From positions 270,001 to 302,000 of the forward strand of contig JAPZAR010000027.1 of the NCBI GenBank assembly GCA_027460535.1: a stretch of 32,000 nt of DNA, written 5' to 3'. The DNA is from Candidatus Methanoperedens sp. (GTDB taxonomy: Archaea; Halobacteriota; Methanosarcinia; Methanosarcinales; Methanoperedenaceae). The notes beneath the pieces are model-generated. The model was not told where the DNA came from. It searched no databases and saw only the letters and a list, made by a program, of their open reading frames with translations. The translations under genes were made by a program, and so were the position numbers. Every line of letters begins with the position of its first letter. The stretch's first letter is position 1. This document shows positions 9,588-19,966 of this stretch, piece by piece.

Positions 9588-9952
9588 AGAGGAAAGTGAT
9601 ACTGGATACCAACGGACTGATGATCCCTGGCCAGTTCGGGGTGGACATTTTTTCGGAACTGGGAAGATTGGGTTTCGATTCGTATCTTGTCCCACGGGCT
9701 GCGGTCAGAGAGCTTGAAGGAATTCATGCACAGGCCAGAGGAAAGGATAGGGCCGCGGCCAAGATCGGCCTTTCCCTGCTGGACAGGTGTACGATTATTG
9801 AAAAAGAAGGATCTGCAGATGAAGTGATTCTTGAAATGGCCCTTGAAACAAAAGCCGCCTGTCTTACCAGTGATGCAGAATTAAAGAAAAGATTATGTAG
9901 TAAGGGAGTTACTATTGTACACCTTCGGGACAAGACGCATTTAAGTTTATAA
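9584..9952 (+). CDS. PIN-domain protein of the conserved aIF2gamma/Rpo7 cluster (Fcf1/Utp24-like)
   Basis: N-terminal ILDTNGLM and C-terminal [10 protein letters not shown]. Its position between aIF2gamma and rpoE' is conserved in archaea. Confidence 0.65.
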   Translation: MKRKVILDTNGLMIPGQFGVDIFSELGRLGFDSYLVPRAAVRELEGIHAQARGKDRAAAKIGLSLLDRCTIIEKEGSADEVILEMALETKAACLTSDAELKKRLCSKGVTIVHLRDKTHLSL

Positions 9953-9975
9953 TATCTTTTATTAAGAGGATTCAA

Positions 9976-10617
9976 ATGTATAAAAAAATGAGATTGGCAG
10001 ACACGGTTAGGATTGCACCTGAATTACTTGGTGAACCTGTAGAGGAAGCAGTCAAGCTCGCGTTGCGCGACAAACTTGAAGGCCTCGTGGATAAAAAAAT
10101 CGGGGCAATAGTGGCAATAAAAGATGTCATAGAAGTGGGAGAAGGGCATATACTGGGCGGGGATGCCGGAGTTTATTATGATACGGTCTTCGATGCAGTG
10201 ACCTTCATGCCCGAACTTCAGGAAATCATAGAAGGAAGCGTTCTCGAGGTCGTTGAGTTCGGCATATTTGTGGGTTTGGGTCCGCTTGACGGTCTTGTCC
10301 ATGTCAGCCAGCTTACAGATGAGTTCGTGAGCTACGATGAGAAAAATTCCCGCCTGATAACCAAGGAATCCGGCCGCTCAATTACCGTTGGGGATCGCGT
10401 TCGAGCAAGGATAGTCGCAGTGAGCCTCAACGAGCGTGAGCCTAGGGACAGCAAGATCGGTCTCACCATGCGCCAGCATGCCCTTGGAAAATTGGACTGG
10501 CTTGAAGAAGCACGTAAACCAAAGGAAGGTCCTGAAGAAAAAGCAAAACCAAAGAAGAAAAAGAAAGAAGAAACAGAGATAAAGAAAGTGGAAGAGTCCA
10601 AAAAGGGTGAAGCATAA
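9976..10617 (+). CDS. rpoE: DNA-directed RNA polymerase subunit E' (Rpo7), with Lys/Glu-rich C-terminal tail
   Basis: N-terminal Rpo7 fold signature followed by an S1 domain (GSVLEVVEFGIFVGLGPLDGLVHVSQ). Confidence 0.85.
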   Translation: MYKKMRLADTVRIAPELLGEPVEEAVKLALRDKLEGLVDKKIGAIVAIKDVIEVGEGHILGGDAGVYYDTVFDAVTFMPELQEIIEGSVLEVVEFGIFVGLGPLDGLVHVSQLTDEFVSYDEKNSRLITKESGRSITVGDRVRARIVAVSLNEREPRDSKIGLTMRQHALGKLDWLEEARKPKEGPEEKAKPKKKKKEETEIKKVEESKKGEA

Positions 10618-10802
10618 TGGCCGAGAACGTCTGCAAAGAATGCCACAGGATAGTCACAGGGCAGGTATGCCAGGTCTGCAATTCAACATCCCTGACCTCA
10701 GACTGGAGCGGCTATGTAGTGATCATCGACCCTGCAAAATCCCAGATCGCAAAAAGACTGAGTGTTACGTTACCAGGGAAGTACGCATTAAAGGTGCGAT
10801 AG
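10617..10802 (+). CDS. spt4: Transcription elongation factor Spt4 (RpoE'')
   Basis: 61 aa with zinc ribbon CKEC...CQVC followed by WSGYVVIIDP. It lies immediately downstream of rpoE'. Confidence 0.85.
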   Translation: MAENVCKECHRIVTGQVCQVCNSTSLTSDWSGYVVIIDPAKSQIAKRLSVTLPGKYALKVR

Positions 10803-10803
10803 T

Positions 10804-11340
10804 TTGAAAAGATACTGCCTCCCGAGCGAATTAAGGACCGAACTCCGGAAACTCCATGGGGAACTTTACCGGGGGGATGGGATCGAAACCGCAAGACGGA
10901 TCATCGGAGATTTGATACACCCCACTAAAATAATCACTGTTGGAGATATCGTGACGTTCAATCTCCTGAACGCGGGGCTGGTTCCGAATATATCCTTCGT
11001 GGATGACAGGACAAAGCGAAGCCGCGCTTCCGATGAAGTAACGCATGGTACGAAGCATCCCCGTTTTCAAACCATTATGGTCGAAAACCCGCCGGGAACG
11101 ATAACGGAAGAACTATTGCAGGAAGTATCAAAAGCTATGGAATCCGAAAATCCCGTAAGAATATTTGTCAAGGGCGAGGAGGATCTGGCTGCTTTACCCG
11201 CGATTGCGATGGCACCCATTTCATCAGTAGTTATATATGGGTTGCCGGAGGAAGGGGCGGTATTGGTCAGAGTAACAGATCAAAAGAAAAAAGAAATCCA
11301 ATCATTACTTGATAGAATGAAATGCAAGGAGGAAAAATAA
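10804..11340 (+). CDS. DUF359 protein (archaeal GTP-dependent dephospho-CoA kinase family)
   Basis: 178 aa with TTG start. Motifs VGDIVT and DDRTKR and its position in the conserved cluster support the call. Confidence 0.6.
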   Translation: MKRYCLPSELRTELRKLHGELYRGDGIETARRIIGDLIHPTKIITVGDIVTFNLLNAGLVPNISFVDDRTKRSRASDEVTHGTKHPRFQTIMVENPPGTITEELLQEVSKAMESENPVRIFVKGEEDLAALPAIAMAPISSVVIYGLPEEGAVLVRVTDQKKKEIQSLLDRMKCKEEK

Positions 11341-11759
11341 TGGAACTTCAAATCATTAAAGACAAGACAAATCCCTTTTTGAACAGAAGAGAGATCTCTT
11401 TAAGAATTAAGAACAAGGGAACACCCTCGAGGATAGAAGTAAAGAATAAGCTTGCCGCATTAGCTAATTCCAAACCCGAATTGATTGTCATAGAGCATCT
11501 TGACACGGAATTCGGGGGACATGAAGTTCTTGGGGCGGCCAGCATTTATCAGAGTGAAGAGAGACTGAAGCAACTGGCACATCAGCATCTCGTTGTAAGA
11601 GGGATGCCCAAAGCTGCTGAGGGTGCCGCAGCAGAGGCCACACCTAAAGAGGCAGCAGCACCTGAAGCCAAGAAGGAAGCGAAGCCAGAAGCAAAGAAGG
11701 AACCTGAAGCCAAAAAGGAAACAAAGGCTGAAGCAAAGAAAGAACCTGAAAAGAAGTGA
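11340..11759 (+). CDS. rps24e: 30S ribosomal protein S24e with Ala/Lys/Glu-rich C-terminal extension
   Basis: MELQIIKDKTNPFLNRREI... is the typical S24e N-terminus. The last ~45 aa are a low-complexity PEAKKE-type tail. Confidence 0.85.
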   Translation: MELQIIKDKTNPFLNRREISLRIKNKGTPSRIEVKNKLAALANSKPELIVIEHLDTEFGGHEVLGAASIYQSEERLKQLAHQHLVVRGMPKAAEGAAAEATPKEAAAPEAKKEAKPEAKKEPEAKKETKAEAKKEPEKK

Positions 11760-11764
11760 TTTCA

Positions 11765-11914
11765 ATGGCAGTACATGAATTTTACGAAGTAAGTGGAAAT
11801 AAAGCAAAAAAGATCAGGCAGTCATGTCCGCGATGCGGTCCGGGCGTATTTCTCGGAGAGCACAATAACAGGTACGCATGCGGGAAGTGCGGTTATACTG
11901 AATTCAAGAAATAA
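11765..11914 (+). CDS. rps27ae: 30S ribosomal protein S27ae
   Basis: 49 aa ORF absent from the supplied track (too short). It carries zinc ribbon CPRCG...CGKCG and lies directly after S24e, as in other archaea. Confidence 0.75.
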   Translation: MAVHEFYEVSGNKAKKIRQSCPRCGPGVFLGEHNNRYACGKCGYTEFKK

Positions 11915-12109
11915 TTTATTATCCTCATTTTTCCCCAATTCCATGCATTGATTCTCGCTCAATGCACTACCCCCGTGGACATGAGAAATCGGCCTTCAGC
12001 GCCGGCAAAAGCCAGCCATTCAAGACGCGTGCTGGAAATTATGTTTCATACGGTCATCTCCCGCAAAGAATAAATACCATAATGCAATTGTGGACTGCAT
12101 CCATCACGA

Positions 12110-12140
12110 TTAATTATTAAAAAAATAAAATATATATTAA
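12110..12140 (+). promoter_or_regulatory. AT-rich TATA-like block upstream of the por operon
   Basis: The sequence ttaattattaaaaaaataaaatatatattaa lies 23-53 nt upstream of the porC ATG, and a GGAG sits at 12152-12155. No TSS data are available. Confidence 0.25.
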
Positions 12141-12162
12141 ACAGTTATTCCGGAGAAGATAA

Positions 12163-12708
12163 ATGAAGGAAATTCGAATACACGGCCGCGGCGGGCAGGG
12201 CTCTGTTACCGCAGCCGAGCTTTTGGCAGTGGCAGCATTTGAAGACGGGAAATACAGCCAGGCATTCCCTGCTTTCGGCGTTGAAAGAAGAGGCGCTCCT
12301 GTAACGGCCTTCGTGCGCCTGAGCGATAAACCGATACGCCTTCGAAGCCAGATATACGAACCTGATTATGTCATAGTGCAGGACGCGACACTCGTCGATG
12401 TTGTCAACGTTGCGGCGGGAGCCAAACCTGAAGGGATAATTCTCATTAATACTGAAAAAAGCCCTGAATCATTCAACCTTGAGACAAAGGCAGCCGTTAA
12501 GACACTTGATGCTACGAAACTGGCAATGGATTTCATCGGGAAACCAATTGTTAACACTACATTGATCGGAGCATTTGCCGGAGTCTCTGGTCTCATAAAT
12601 CCGGAGTCCATAAAAAACGCGGTGATGGAGAGGTTCCCGGGAAAAGTTGGAGAAAAGAACGCCGCGGCTATTCAGGTGGCTTACGATCTCATGGAGGCGC
12701 AGCGATGA
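12163..12708 (+). CDS. porC: Pyruvate:ferredoxin oxidoreductase gamma subunit
   Basis: [13 protein letters not shown]... is the typical gamma subunit N-terminus. It is the first gene of a four-gene overlapping operon. Confidence 0.85.
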   Translation: MKEIRIHGRGGQGSVTAAELLAVAAFEDGKYSQAFPAFGVERRGAPVTAFVRLSDKPIRLRSQIYEPDYVIVQDATLVDVVNVAAGAKPEGIILINTEKSPESFNLETKAAVKTLDATKLAMDFIGKPIVNTTLIGAFAGVSGLINPESIKNAVMERFPGKVGEKNAAAIQVAYDLMEAQR

Positions 12709-12965
12709 AACTTATTATTAAGACTGTTGTCAAACCCGGGAGCACACGTGCGAACAAGACCGGAGCATGGCGTTCATTCATGCCTGTTTTTGATCATAAG
12801 CTCTGCAGTAAGTGCGGCATCTGCGCCATGTATTGCCCGGAGGGGATCGTGTACAAACTGGAGAACGGCTATTTTGAGCCTGATTATGAATACTGTAAAG
12901 GCTGCGGCATATGTGCGAACGAGTGCCCTAAGAAAGCAATAAAAATGGTGCTGGAGGGAAAATGA
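12705..12965 (+). CDS. porD: Pyruvate:ferredoxin oxidoreductase delta subunit (2x[4Fe-4S])
   Basis: Two ferredoxin motifs, [12 protein letters not shown] and [12 protein letters not shown]. Confidence 0.85.
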   Translation: MKLIIKTVVKPGSTRANKTGAWRSFMPVFDHKLCSKCGICAMYCPEGIVYKLENGYFEPDYEYCKGCGICANECPKKAIKMVLEGK

Positions 12966-14149
12966 GGAACAGGATGAAAGTCGTGGAAGGCTCTTACGCA
13001 GTCGCGCACGCGGTCAAGGTGTGCAGGCCCAATGTGATATCAGCCTACCCTATAACCCCTCAGACACATATCGTGGAAGACCTGTCACAGTTCGCTGCAG
13101 ACGGTGAAATGAACTGCGAGTACATGAACGTGGAATCAGAGTTCTCAGCGATCTCTGCCCTGATAGGAGCCAGCGCCACAGGGGCAAGGACCTATTCCTC
13201 AACGACCTCGCAGGGACTTGCGCTGATGCATGAGGCGCTATTCAATGCCTCCGGCATGAGACTGCCTATTATTATGACCGTGGTGAACCGGGCGCTGAGT
13301 GCCCCCATCAATATATGGAACGATCAGCAGGACTCAATATCGCAGAGAGATGCCGGCTGGATCCAGCTCTATGCAGAGGATGTCCAGGAGTCTGCTGATA
13401 TGGTACCACAGATTTATAAGATCGCGGAAGACCCTGAGGTTCTGTTGCCTGCGATGTCATGCATGGACGGGTTCATCCTTTCCCATGTTTATGAGCCCGT
13501 GATCCTGCTTGAGCAGAGCCTGACGGATGAATTCCTGCCAGCTTATTCCCCGGAATTCGTGCTTGACCCCAAAAACCCAATGTCATTCGGGGCTTTCGCA
13601 GACCCGAGCACATACACGGAGTTCAGGTACAATCAGGAGAAAGCCATGGGTGTTGCACTTAAGAAAATAGAGGAAGTCGCCAGTGAATTCAAGGACGTGT
13701 ATGGGAGATATTACGGCGGGCTGATCGACGGTTATGCGCTTGATGACGCCGATATAGTTATAATGGCTATGGGTTCGGTCATCGGTACGATAAAGGACAC
13801 GATAGACGAGCTCAGAAGCAAGGGGGAATCGGTCGGCCTTCTCAAAGTAAGGGCATTTCGGCCTTTCCCCGCAGATGCTATTCGCGCGGCTTTGAAGAAC
13901 GCCAAAGTCGTTGTTACCCTTGATAAGAATATCTCCATAGGAAAGAACGAAGGCGCACTGTGCACCGAGGTCAAGGCATGCCTCCATAATACCGATCTTC
14001 GCACTCCTGTTATCGGTTTCATGCTCGGGCATGGAGGACGGGATATTTCCATGAATACCATCAAGAAGATCATAAATAAAGCCAAGCTGGTTGAAAAGGG
14101 GATATTCATTGAAAGCGAATTCGCAGACCTGAGGGAGGATTTCATATGA
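12962..14149 (+). CDS. porA: Pyruvate:ferredoxin oxidoreductase alpha subunit
   Basis: 395 aa with [26 protein letters not shown], typical of the alpha subunit. Start and stop overlap the neighbouring genes. Confidence 0.85.
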   Translation: MRNRMKVVEGSYAVAHAVKVCRPNVISAYPITPQTHIVEDLSQFAADGEMNCEYMNVESEFSAISALIGASATGARTYSSTTSQGLALMHEALFNASGMRLPIIMTVVNRALSAPINIWNDQQDSISQRDAGWIQLYAEDVQESADMVPQIYKIAEDPEVLLPAMSCMDGFILSHVYEPVILLEQSLTDEFLPAYSPEFVLDPKNPMSFGAFADPSTYTEFRYNQEKAMGVALKKIEEVASEFKDVYGRYYGGLIDGYALDDADIVIMAMGSVIGTIKDTIDELRSKGESVGLLKVRAFRPFPADAIRAALKNAKVVVTLDKNISIGKNEGALCTEVKACLHNTDLRTPVIGFMLGHGGRDISMNTIKKIINKAKLVEKGIFIESEFADLREDFI

Positions 14150-15018
14150 GCCTTCTTAAACCCGGTCACCGCGGGTGCGCTGGATGCTGCGATGCCCTCG
14201 CAGGGAAGTTCGTTCTTGATGCTATCGGCGAGGACTGTATTATTGTGAGTCCCACAGGCTGCCTGGAGGTCTTCACCACCCCCTATCCCGAATCTGCCTG
14301 GGGCGTGCCCTGGATACACTCTCTCTTTGAGAATGCTGCGGCCGTTGCATCTGGCGTTGAGGCGGCGCTCAAGGCAATGGGTAAAAAGAACAATACCAGG
14401 ATAATCGCGATCGGTGGTGACGGTGCAACACTGGATATTGGCCTGCAGGCCATCTCCGGAGCGTTTGAGCGCGGGCATGATTTCACTTATATTTGCGTGG
14501 ATAACGAAGCCTACATGAACACCGGTATCCAGAGAAGCAGTGCGACCCCGCTTTATGCCAGCACGACCACCAGCCCTTCTGGAAAGGTATCGTTCGGCAA
14601 TCCCCAGCATAAGAAAAATATGCCTGCTATCATAGCGGCTCATGGATCTCCCTATATTGCCACAGCGTCGGTGGCTTATGCCCCCGATATGATGAAAAAG
14701 GTGAAGAAAGCGGCAGAGACGAAGGGACCGACCTATGTGCATGTTCACGCGCCCTGCTGCACGGGCTGGAAGTTCGAGGGTTCAAAAACGATCGAGGTTG
14801 GAAAGCTGGCAGTGGAAACCGCAATGTGGCCATTATACGAGATGGAGAATGGCGAGATTACAGGTGTACGCAAGCTGCGGAACCGCAAGCCAGTCGAGGA
14901 ATACCTCAAAGTCCAGGGAAGGTTCAAGCATCTCTTCACAATGGAAGGCGGTGCCGAGGAGATTAAGAAGATACAGGCGATCGCGGACTGGAATGTGAAG
15001 CATTTCGAGCTGGAGTGA
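14146..15018 (+). CDS. porB: Pyruvate:ferredoxin oxidoreductase beta subunit (TPP-binding)
   Basis: GHRGCAGC cluster and TPP motif [12 protein letters not shown]...[11 protein letters not shown]. Confidence 0.85.
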   Translation: MSLLKPGHRGCAGCCDALAGKFVLDAIGEDCIIVSPTGCLEVFTTPYPESAWGVPWIHSLFENAAAVASGVEAALKAMGKKNNTRIIAIGGDGATLDIGLQAISGAFERGHDFTYICVDNEAYMNTGIQRSSATPLYASTTTSPSGKVSFGNPQHKKNMPAIIAAHGSPYIATASVAYAPDMMKKVKKAAETKGPTYVHVHAPCCTGWKFEGSKTIEVGKLAVETAMWPLYEMENGEITGVRKLRNRKPVEEYLKVQGRFKHLFTMEGGAEEIKKIQAIADWNVKHFELE

Positions 15019-15207
15019 GTGCTTTATCAACCGGAATCCGCCTCAAATCAAAATCAGCCAAGCTGCTCCATTTGTGAATTGCATGCAGTTAGTGAATCGT
15101 GAATTATACTATTTTTTAAGTATTTTGTTATAAAAGTCAAATGGGGCACTATTACTATCAATAATAATTTATATCTGTATCACTGTTAGATAATATGTGC
15201 AATTTGA

Positions 15208-15609
15208 ATGAACCCTGATGAAATAGACGAACTTTTAAAAAGTAGTGTGGAGAGGCTCAAAAATATCTATGGGTTTGAAAAAGTCAGATTTATCATATTG
15301 TACGGTTCCGCTGTCAAGGGTATGACACGTGAAAACTCGGATATCGACCTTTGTATCGATATTGAGGCGGAATCTGATTACGAACGTTCAAAGTTCAGGC
15401 TCAGTGTTTTATCGGAACTCCCTGATTATTTCGATGTCCAGATATTTGCACAGCTTCCCTTGTATGTGAAAAAAGAGGTGTTGAAAGGCAAAGTTATTTT
15501 TTGCAGAGATGAAGAATATCTGTATGAAATTGCGATTTCGACAATAAAAGAATTTGAGGATTTCAAGTATCGTTTCTATGATTATATCGGGGAGAGGGCC
15601 CTTGCATGA
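15208..15609 (+). CDS. Minimal nucleotidyltransferase (MNT) antitoxin-type protein
   Basis: Motif YGSAVKGMTRENSDIDL (GS-x10-DxD). It overlaps the downstream HEPN gene by 4 nt. Confidence 0.8.
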   Translation: MNPDEIDELLKSSVERLKNIYGFEKVRFIILYGSAVKGMTRENSDIDLCIDIEAESDYERSKFRLSVLSELPDYFDVQIFAQLPLYVKKEVLKGKVIFCRDEEYLYEIAISTIKEFEDFKYRFYDYIGERALA

Positions 15610-16028
15610 GGACAGAAATAATTAGGACAAAAATCGAAGAAATCCGGGAGAGCCTGGAGCTTATCAGGGAAAATTTACCTGATAGTTTTGAAACGTTCGC
15701 ATCGCTTGGGCTTGTAAAAGACGGCATGTACAAGAGGATTGAATTCTCCATCGAAAATGTTTTTGATATTTGTGCCATCATCAATACCGATCTCAGGCTT
15801 GGGATACCGCAATCGGATGGCGAAATCGTTGAAATTTTACTTAGAAATGGGGTTATCGATAGCGAAATGAAGGAAAAGCTAAAATCCATGAAGGGCTTCC
15901 GGAATATTATTGTTCACAGGTATGGCGGAATAGATGATAGACTTTCGTACGAGTTTTTCAACGAGAAACTTGGAGACTTCGATGAGTTTATTGAGAGAAT
16001 AACTGACTTTATGAAGATGCAAAAATAA
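15606..16028 (+). CDS. HEPN (DUF86) toxin-type protein
   Basis: R-x4-H motif in FRNIIVHRY. Paired with the upstream MNT gene. Confidence 0.8.
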   Translation: MRTEIIRTKIEEIRESLELIRENLPDSFETFASLGLVKDGMYKRIEFSIENVFDICAIINTDLRLGIPQSDGEIVEILLRNGVIDSEMKEKLKSMKGFRNIIVHRYGGIDDRLSYEFFNEKLGDFDEFIERITDFMKMQK

Positions 16029-16053
16029 CCTGTGAATAAATGCAAGGGGGTAG

Positions 16054-16428
<375 letters not shown>

Positions 16429-16517
16429 GCTTCAATGCCATAACTGATATCCAGTATTTATTCTTTTTATTCGGCATCCAACAAACTAATATGCATAAAC
16501 TGCTATTCTAACAGAAC

Positions 16518-17351
16518 ATGATCCGTCTTGGAAAGATCGCCTTTGCTAATTGTGATTTCCCATATTACGCATTGGAACACGGCAGGATAGAAGCGCAGGA
16601 TATCAAGATCACAGAAGGGCATCCAGTTGAACTCGCACGGCAGTTGTTCAATGGCGAACTGGATATCAGCCCAATTTCTTCCATCATGTACGCCAAACGA
16701 AAGGATCTCCTCATATTACCGCGTCTTTCCATCACATCCAATGACTTTACCAAAAGCGTGCTGATATGCTCAAACGGTAAAATGCATCTTTCTGAGCTCG
16801 AGGGAAAAACGCTCTGCATCCCTGAGACAACGGCAAGTTCTGCCACATTGATCAGGATAATATTACGACAAATGGGCGTGAATATAAAATTCAGGCAGTG
16901 CCAGGGGAATGATGTCGGTGGTATGCTCAAGGAAGGAGATGCAGCCCTCTTGATTGGCGACAGTGCCCTCCATGCGATAGGAAAACATCGCATTATTGCG
17001 GACCTGGGTAATGAATGGAAAAAGATGACCGGGAAGAAAATGGTCTATGCGATCTGGGTTGTAAGGGAGGATTTCGCCAGGGAGAATCCTGATAAAGTAA
17101 GGTATGCGCTGGACGCATTGCTTCGGTCAAAGGACTATGCTTATGAACACGTGAACGAGATAGCCAATTCCATAGGACGGGAGAAAAAAATCGACTGCGG
17201 GTTCATGCAGGAATACCTGCATACCTTGAATTATGATTTCGATACCGAGAGTGTGGAAAGCCTTCTCCTTTATTTTAAATATGCAAAAGAATGCGGCATT
17301 GAAGGGGATGTCGAACTTCGTTTCTTTGATACGGATGATGGCGATGCTTAA
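16518..17351 (+). CDS. mqnA: MqnA-like protein (chorismate dehydratase family, futalosine route)
   Basis: 277 aa. N-terminus IRLGKIAFANCDFPYY, periplasmic-binding-protein-like layout, and LLIGDSAL. The family assignment rests on recalled motif resemblance only. Confidence 0.55.
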   Translation: MIRLGKIAFANCDFPYYALEHGRIEAQDIKITEGHPVELARQLFNGELDISPISSIMYAKRKDLLILPRLSITSNDFTKSVLICSNGKMHLSELEGKTLCIPETTASSATLIRIILRQMGVNIKFRQCQGNDVGGMLKEGDAALLIGDSALHAIGKHRIIADLGNEWKKMTGKKMVYAIWVVREDFARENPDKVRYALDALLRSKDYAYEHVNEIANSIGREKKIDCGFMQEYLHTLNYDFDTESVESLLLYFKYAKECGIEGDVELRFFDTDDGDA

Positions 17352-17730
17352 AGCATGGATACTTTGTTCAATATTATTGATCGGGGCTCTTTCGGGCTGC
17401 CTTAATGAAAAACCCGCCGAGAATGTTACTGAAAATAAGACCGATGCGACAGCCACTCCTCCTCTTTATACAGTGCCGGAGCCCACAACCGTCTATGTTG
17501 AGATCCATGGTTCCAGGTTTAATCCAATCGAGATGAAGGTAGTTAACGGAACCACTGTGCGGTGGACGAATCTTGACAGCGCTCTGTACATAGTGAATGT
17601 GGATAATTCCAGTTCTCCGCCGCTCTATAAAAGAGACTCGTGGAGCTATACTTTTAATAAAACGGGGATCTTTGAATTCAATTGTTCCATTCATCCCTCA
17701 ATACCCAAAGGACGCATTATCGTGGAATGA
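17344..17730 (+). CDS. Cupredoxin-fold lipoprotein
   Basis: Signal peptide with lipobox LSGC, then VRWTNLD and CSIHP near the C-terminus (Cys/His copper ligand context). The start overlaps the end of mqnA. The upstream part of the track ORF is rejected. Confidence 0.6.
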   Translation: MLKAWILCSILLIGALSGCLNEKPAENVTENKTDATATPPLYTVPEPTTVYVEIHGSRFNPIEMKVVNGTTVRWTNLDSALYIVNVDNSSSPPLYKRDSWSYTFNKTGIFEFNCSIHPSIPKGRIIVE

Positions 17731-17755
17731 CGCCGGTCCTTCAATTTTGAACTCT

Positions 17756-18667
17756 ATGGAAATGAAAATAACCCCCTCGCCACCGTTTGATTTTGAATTG
17801 AGTTCCATCATATTTTCTGATGGTGATGCGCAGTATCGAAGGTACGAGAACGGGAAATTTTGGCAGGTCATAAGATTAGACGGTAAACTGATTCTTATCA
17901 CCGTGACATCTACGGGGAATGTTGATAAACCGCAATTATCCATTGAACTGAGTTCCAGCGAAGAAATTACCTATAACGACAGGAAATTAGTCGAAGAATT
18001 CATCGTTTCCATTTTCAATTTGGACTTTGACCTGGAACAGTTCTATGAAAGCATAAAAAATGATAAATTAATGTCAACTGTAGCTCGCCGGCTCAGGGGA
18101 CTGAGAAGTCCCACGACCCAGACCGTTTTTGAAAGCCTGGTAGATTCAATTGTCGAACAACAAATATCGCTGAAAGCGGCGCACACTATACAAATGAAAA
18201 TGATCAAAAATTTTGGCGACAATTTGAAGATAGGGAATAGGATTTATTATGCATTTCCAGAGCCGCAAAAATTGGCTTCCCTAAACCTTGAGATGCTGAA
18301 GAGATGTGGATTGAGCCTGAAAAAATCAGAATATATAGGAGATATTTCCAGATCCATCACAGAGGGCAACCTGGATCTGGAGAACTTCAAGAACCATGAA
18401 AATACAAAAGAAATTATCGAAGAACTCTGCAAAATCCGGGGAATCGGGATATGGACGGCAGAGCTTACGATGATAAGGGGCATGCATAAGTTGGAGTCTT
18501 TCCCTGCTGATGATATAGGACTGAGAAGGATTATTTCGCATTACTATTGTAACGATAAAGAGATAACGGCCATGGAGGGGCGAAGGATCGCTGAGAACTG
18601 GGGAAAATGGAAAGGACTGGCAGGATATTATCTGTTGATCGCTGAGAAACTGGGCATCAAAATATGA
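17756..18667 (+). CDS. AlkA-like DNA glycosylase (HhH-GPD)
   Basis: N-terminal AlkA-type domain, then IRGIGIWTAELTMIRG and FPADDIGLRR (catalytic Asp context). The start is chosen at MEMKITP. Confidence 0.65.
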   Translation: MEMKITPSPPFDFELSSIIFSDGDAQYRRYENGKFWQVIRLDGKLILITVTSTGNVDKPQLSIELSSSEEITYNDRKLVEEFIVSIFNLDFDLEQFYESIKNDKLMSTVARRLRGLRSPTTQTVFESLVDSIVEQQISLKAAHTIQMKMIKNFGDNLKIGNRIYYAFPEPQKLASLNLEMLKRCGLSLKKSEYIGDISRSITEGNLDLENFKNHENTKEIIEELCKIRGIGIWTAELTMIRGMHKLESFPADDIGLRRIISHYYCNDKEITAMEGRRIAENWGKWKGLAGYYLLIAEKLGIKI

Positions 18668-18741
18668 AAGAGCCTCATTTGGCAATGTTCACAGATTATA
18701 AATCATATGAATCGAAATAAAGTTAATATCTGGAGAAATGG

Positions 18742-19962
18742 ATGATCAAAATAAATTCTGTATTTGTTCTGTTGATCCTGGTAATCTCCGCCACCGGAGC
18801 ACAGGGACAGCCGAGCTCTTCTCCATTCGATGTTATATATGTATTATCCGTCCCGCACCTTTCGCCCGGTGACGGGAACGTCGGGCTGGATTTCACCATC
18901 CAGAATAATGAGGATGCTTCTTTCGATAATGTAAAAGTATATCTTTTCTTAAGATATCCTTTTTCCGCCTCGGTACCTCCCAACAATAAAATGGGAGAGC
19001 TGGCAAGTCCGGGCTATCTCATAGGCAGTGGTGGCTCGGGGGATGAATATACACCGTATTTCAATCTTGCTCCCAGGATGGCGCATAAGACTTTTTTCAA
19101 GATAGACGTGGACAGGACCGCAAAATACGGGCTCTATGACATACCTTACACGATTTTCTACGGTCAGAATAATGAATACAATGGCAAGATCACCGTTGCT
19201 GTCAAGGGCGATACCCTCATAGAGGTCAAAAACGTCTCCGTGGCATCAAACAACTCGCAAATCGAGCCTGGCGAGGTCTTCAAGATCGCAGTCACTTTTG
19301 AAAATGTCGGCGATAATGGCATCAAATGGCTGAAGCTCACCCTGAACCCGGAAGATAAATCTCTTGTGCCCCTTTCCTCTGCTTCCGAGCGCGTTTTCAA
19401 AGACATACCGCAGGGATCGAAAAATGATGCTGAATTCTGGTTCTCCCTGGAAAAAGATGCTGCGGCCAAAAATTATCCTATTGATCTCGTACTTGATTAT
19501 ATGGACGAAAGAGGAGTGGAATATAATGAGACAAAGCAGGTTGGGATCGTAGCGGCGGGAAGGGCGACACTCGATATCGCAAAAAAGACCACGGAACCTG
19601 CCAGGATAAAAGAAAACGAACCTTTCGCACTCACCCTGAAGATCGAAAACACAGGAACGGGGGACGCGAAAGGAGTTACCGCGCGCCTTGAATCCGGGTT
19701 TGAAGGGGACACACTTGCATACCTTGGTGAGATAAAAAAGGATGATTATTCAAACGCCATTTTTACACTGGATGGGACAAAGAGCGGGAAAAAGACTGGC
19801 ATACTTCGGATAAGTTACGAAGATGATTTCGGAAAGCAGGAGATACAGAGAGAGCTGATACTGATAGTCAACCCGGGCGACAGCCAGAACCCCGTTCCCT
19901 TCATAGCAGGGATAACAGTCGTAGCAGCCCTGATATTATACTGGAAGCGAAGGAAAACCTGA
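18742..19962 (+). CDS. Secreted surface protein with repeated beta-sandwich (CARDB-like) domains and C-terminal TM anchor
   Basis: N-terminal signal peptide. FENVGDNG and IENTGTGDA motifs are typical of CARDB/COG1361 domains. A C-terminal hydrophobic helix is followed by KRRK. Confidence 0.55.
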   Translation: MIKINSVFVLLILVISATGAQGQPSSSPFDVIYVLSVPHLSPGDGNVGLDFTIQNNEDASFDNVKVYLFLRYPFSASVPPNNKMGELASPGYLIGSGGSGDEYTPYFNLAPRMAHKTFFKIDVDRTAKYGLYDIPYTIFYGQNNEYNGKITVAVKGDTLIEVKNVSVASNNSQIEPGEVFKIAVTFENVGDNGIKWLKLTLNPEDKSLVPLSSASERVFKDIPQGSKNDAEFWFSLEKDAAAKNYPIDLVLDYMDERGVEYNETKQVGIVAAGRATLDIAKKTTEPARIKENEPFALTLKIENTGTGDAKGVTARLESGFEGDTLAYLGEIKKDDYSNAIFTLDGTKSGKKTGILRISYEDDFGKQEIQRELILIVNPGDSQNPVPFIAGITVVAALILYWKRRKT

Positions 19963-19966
19963 TATC

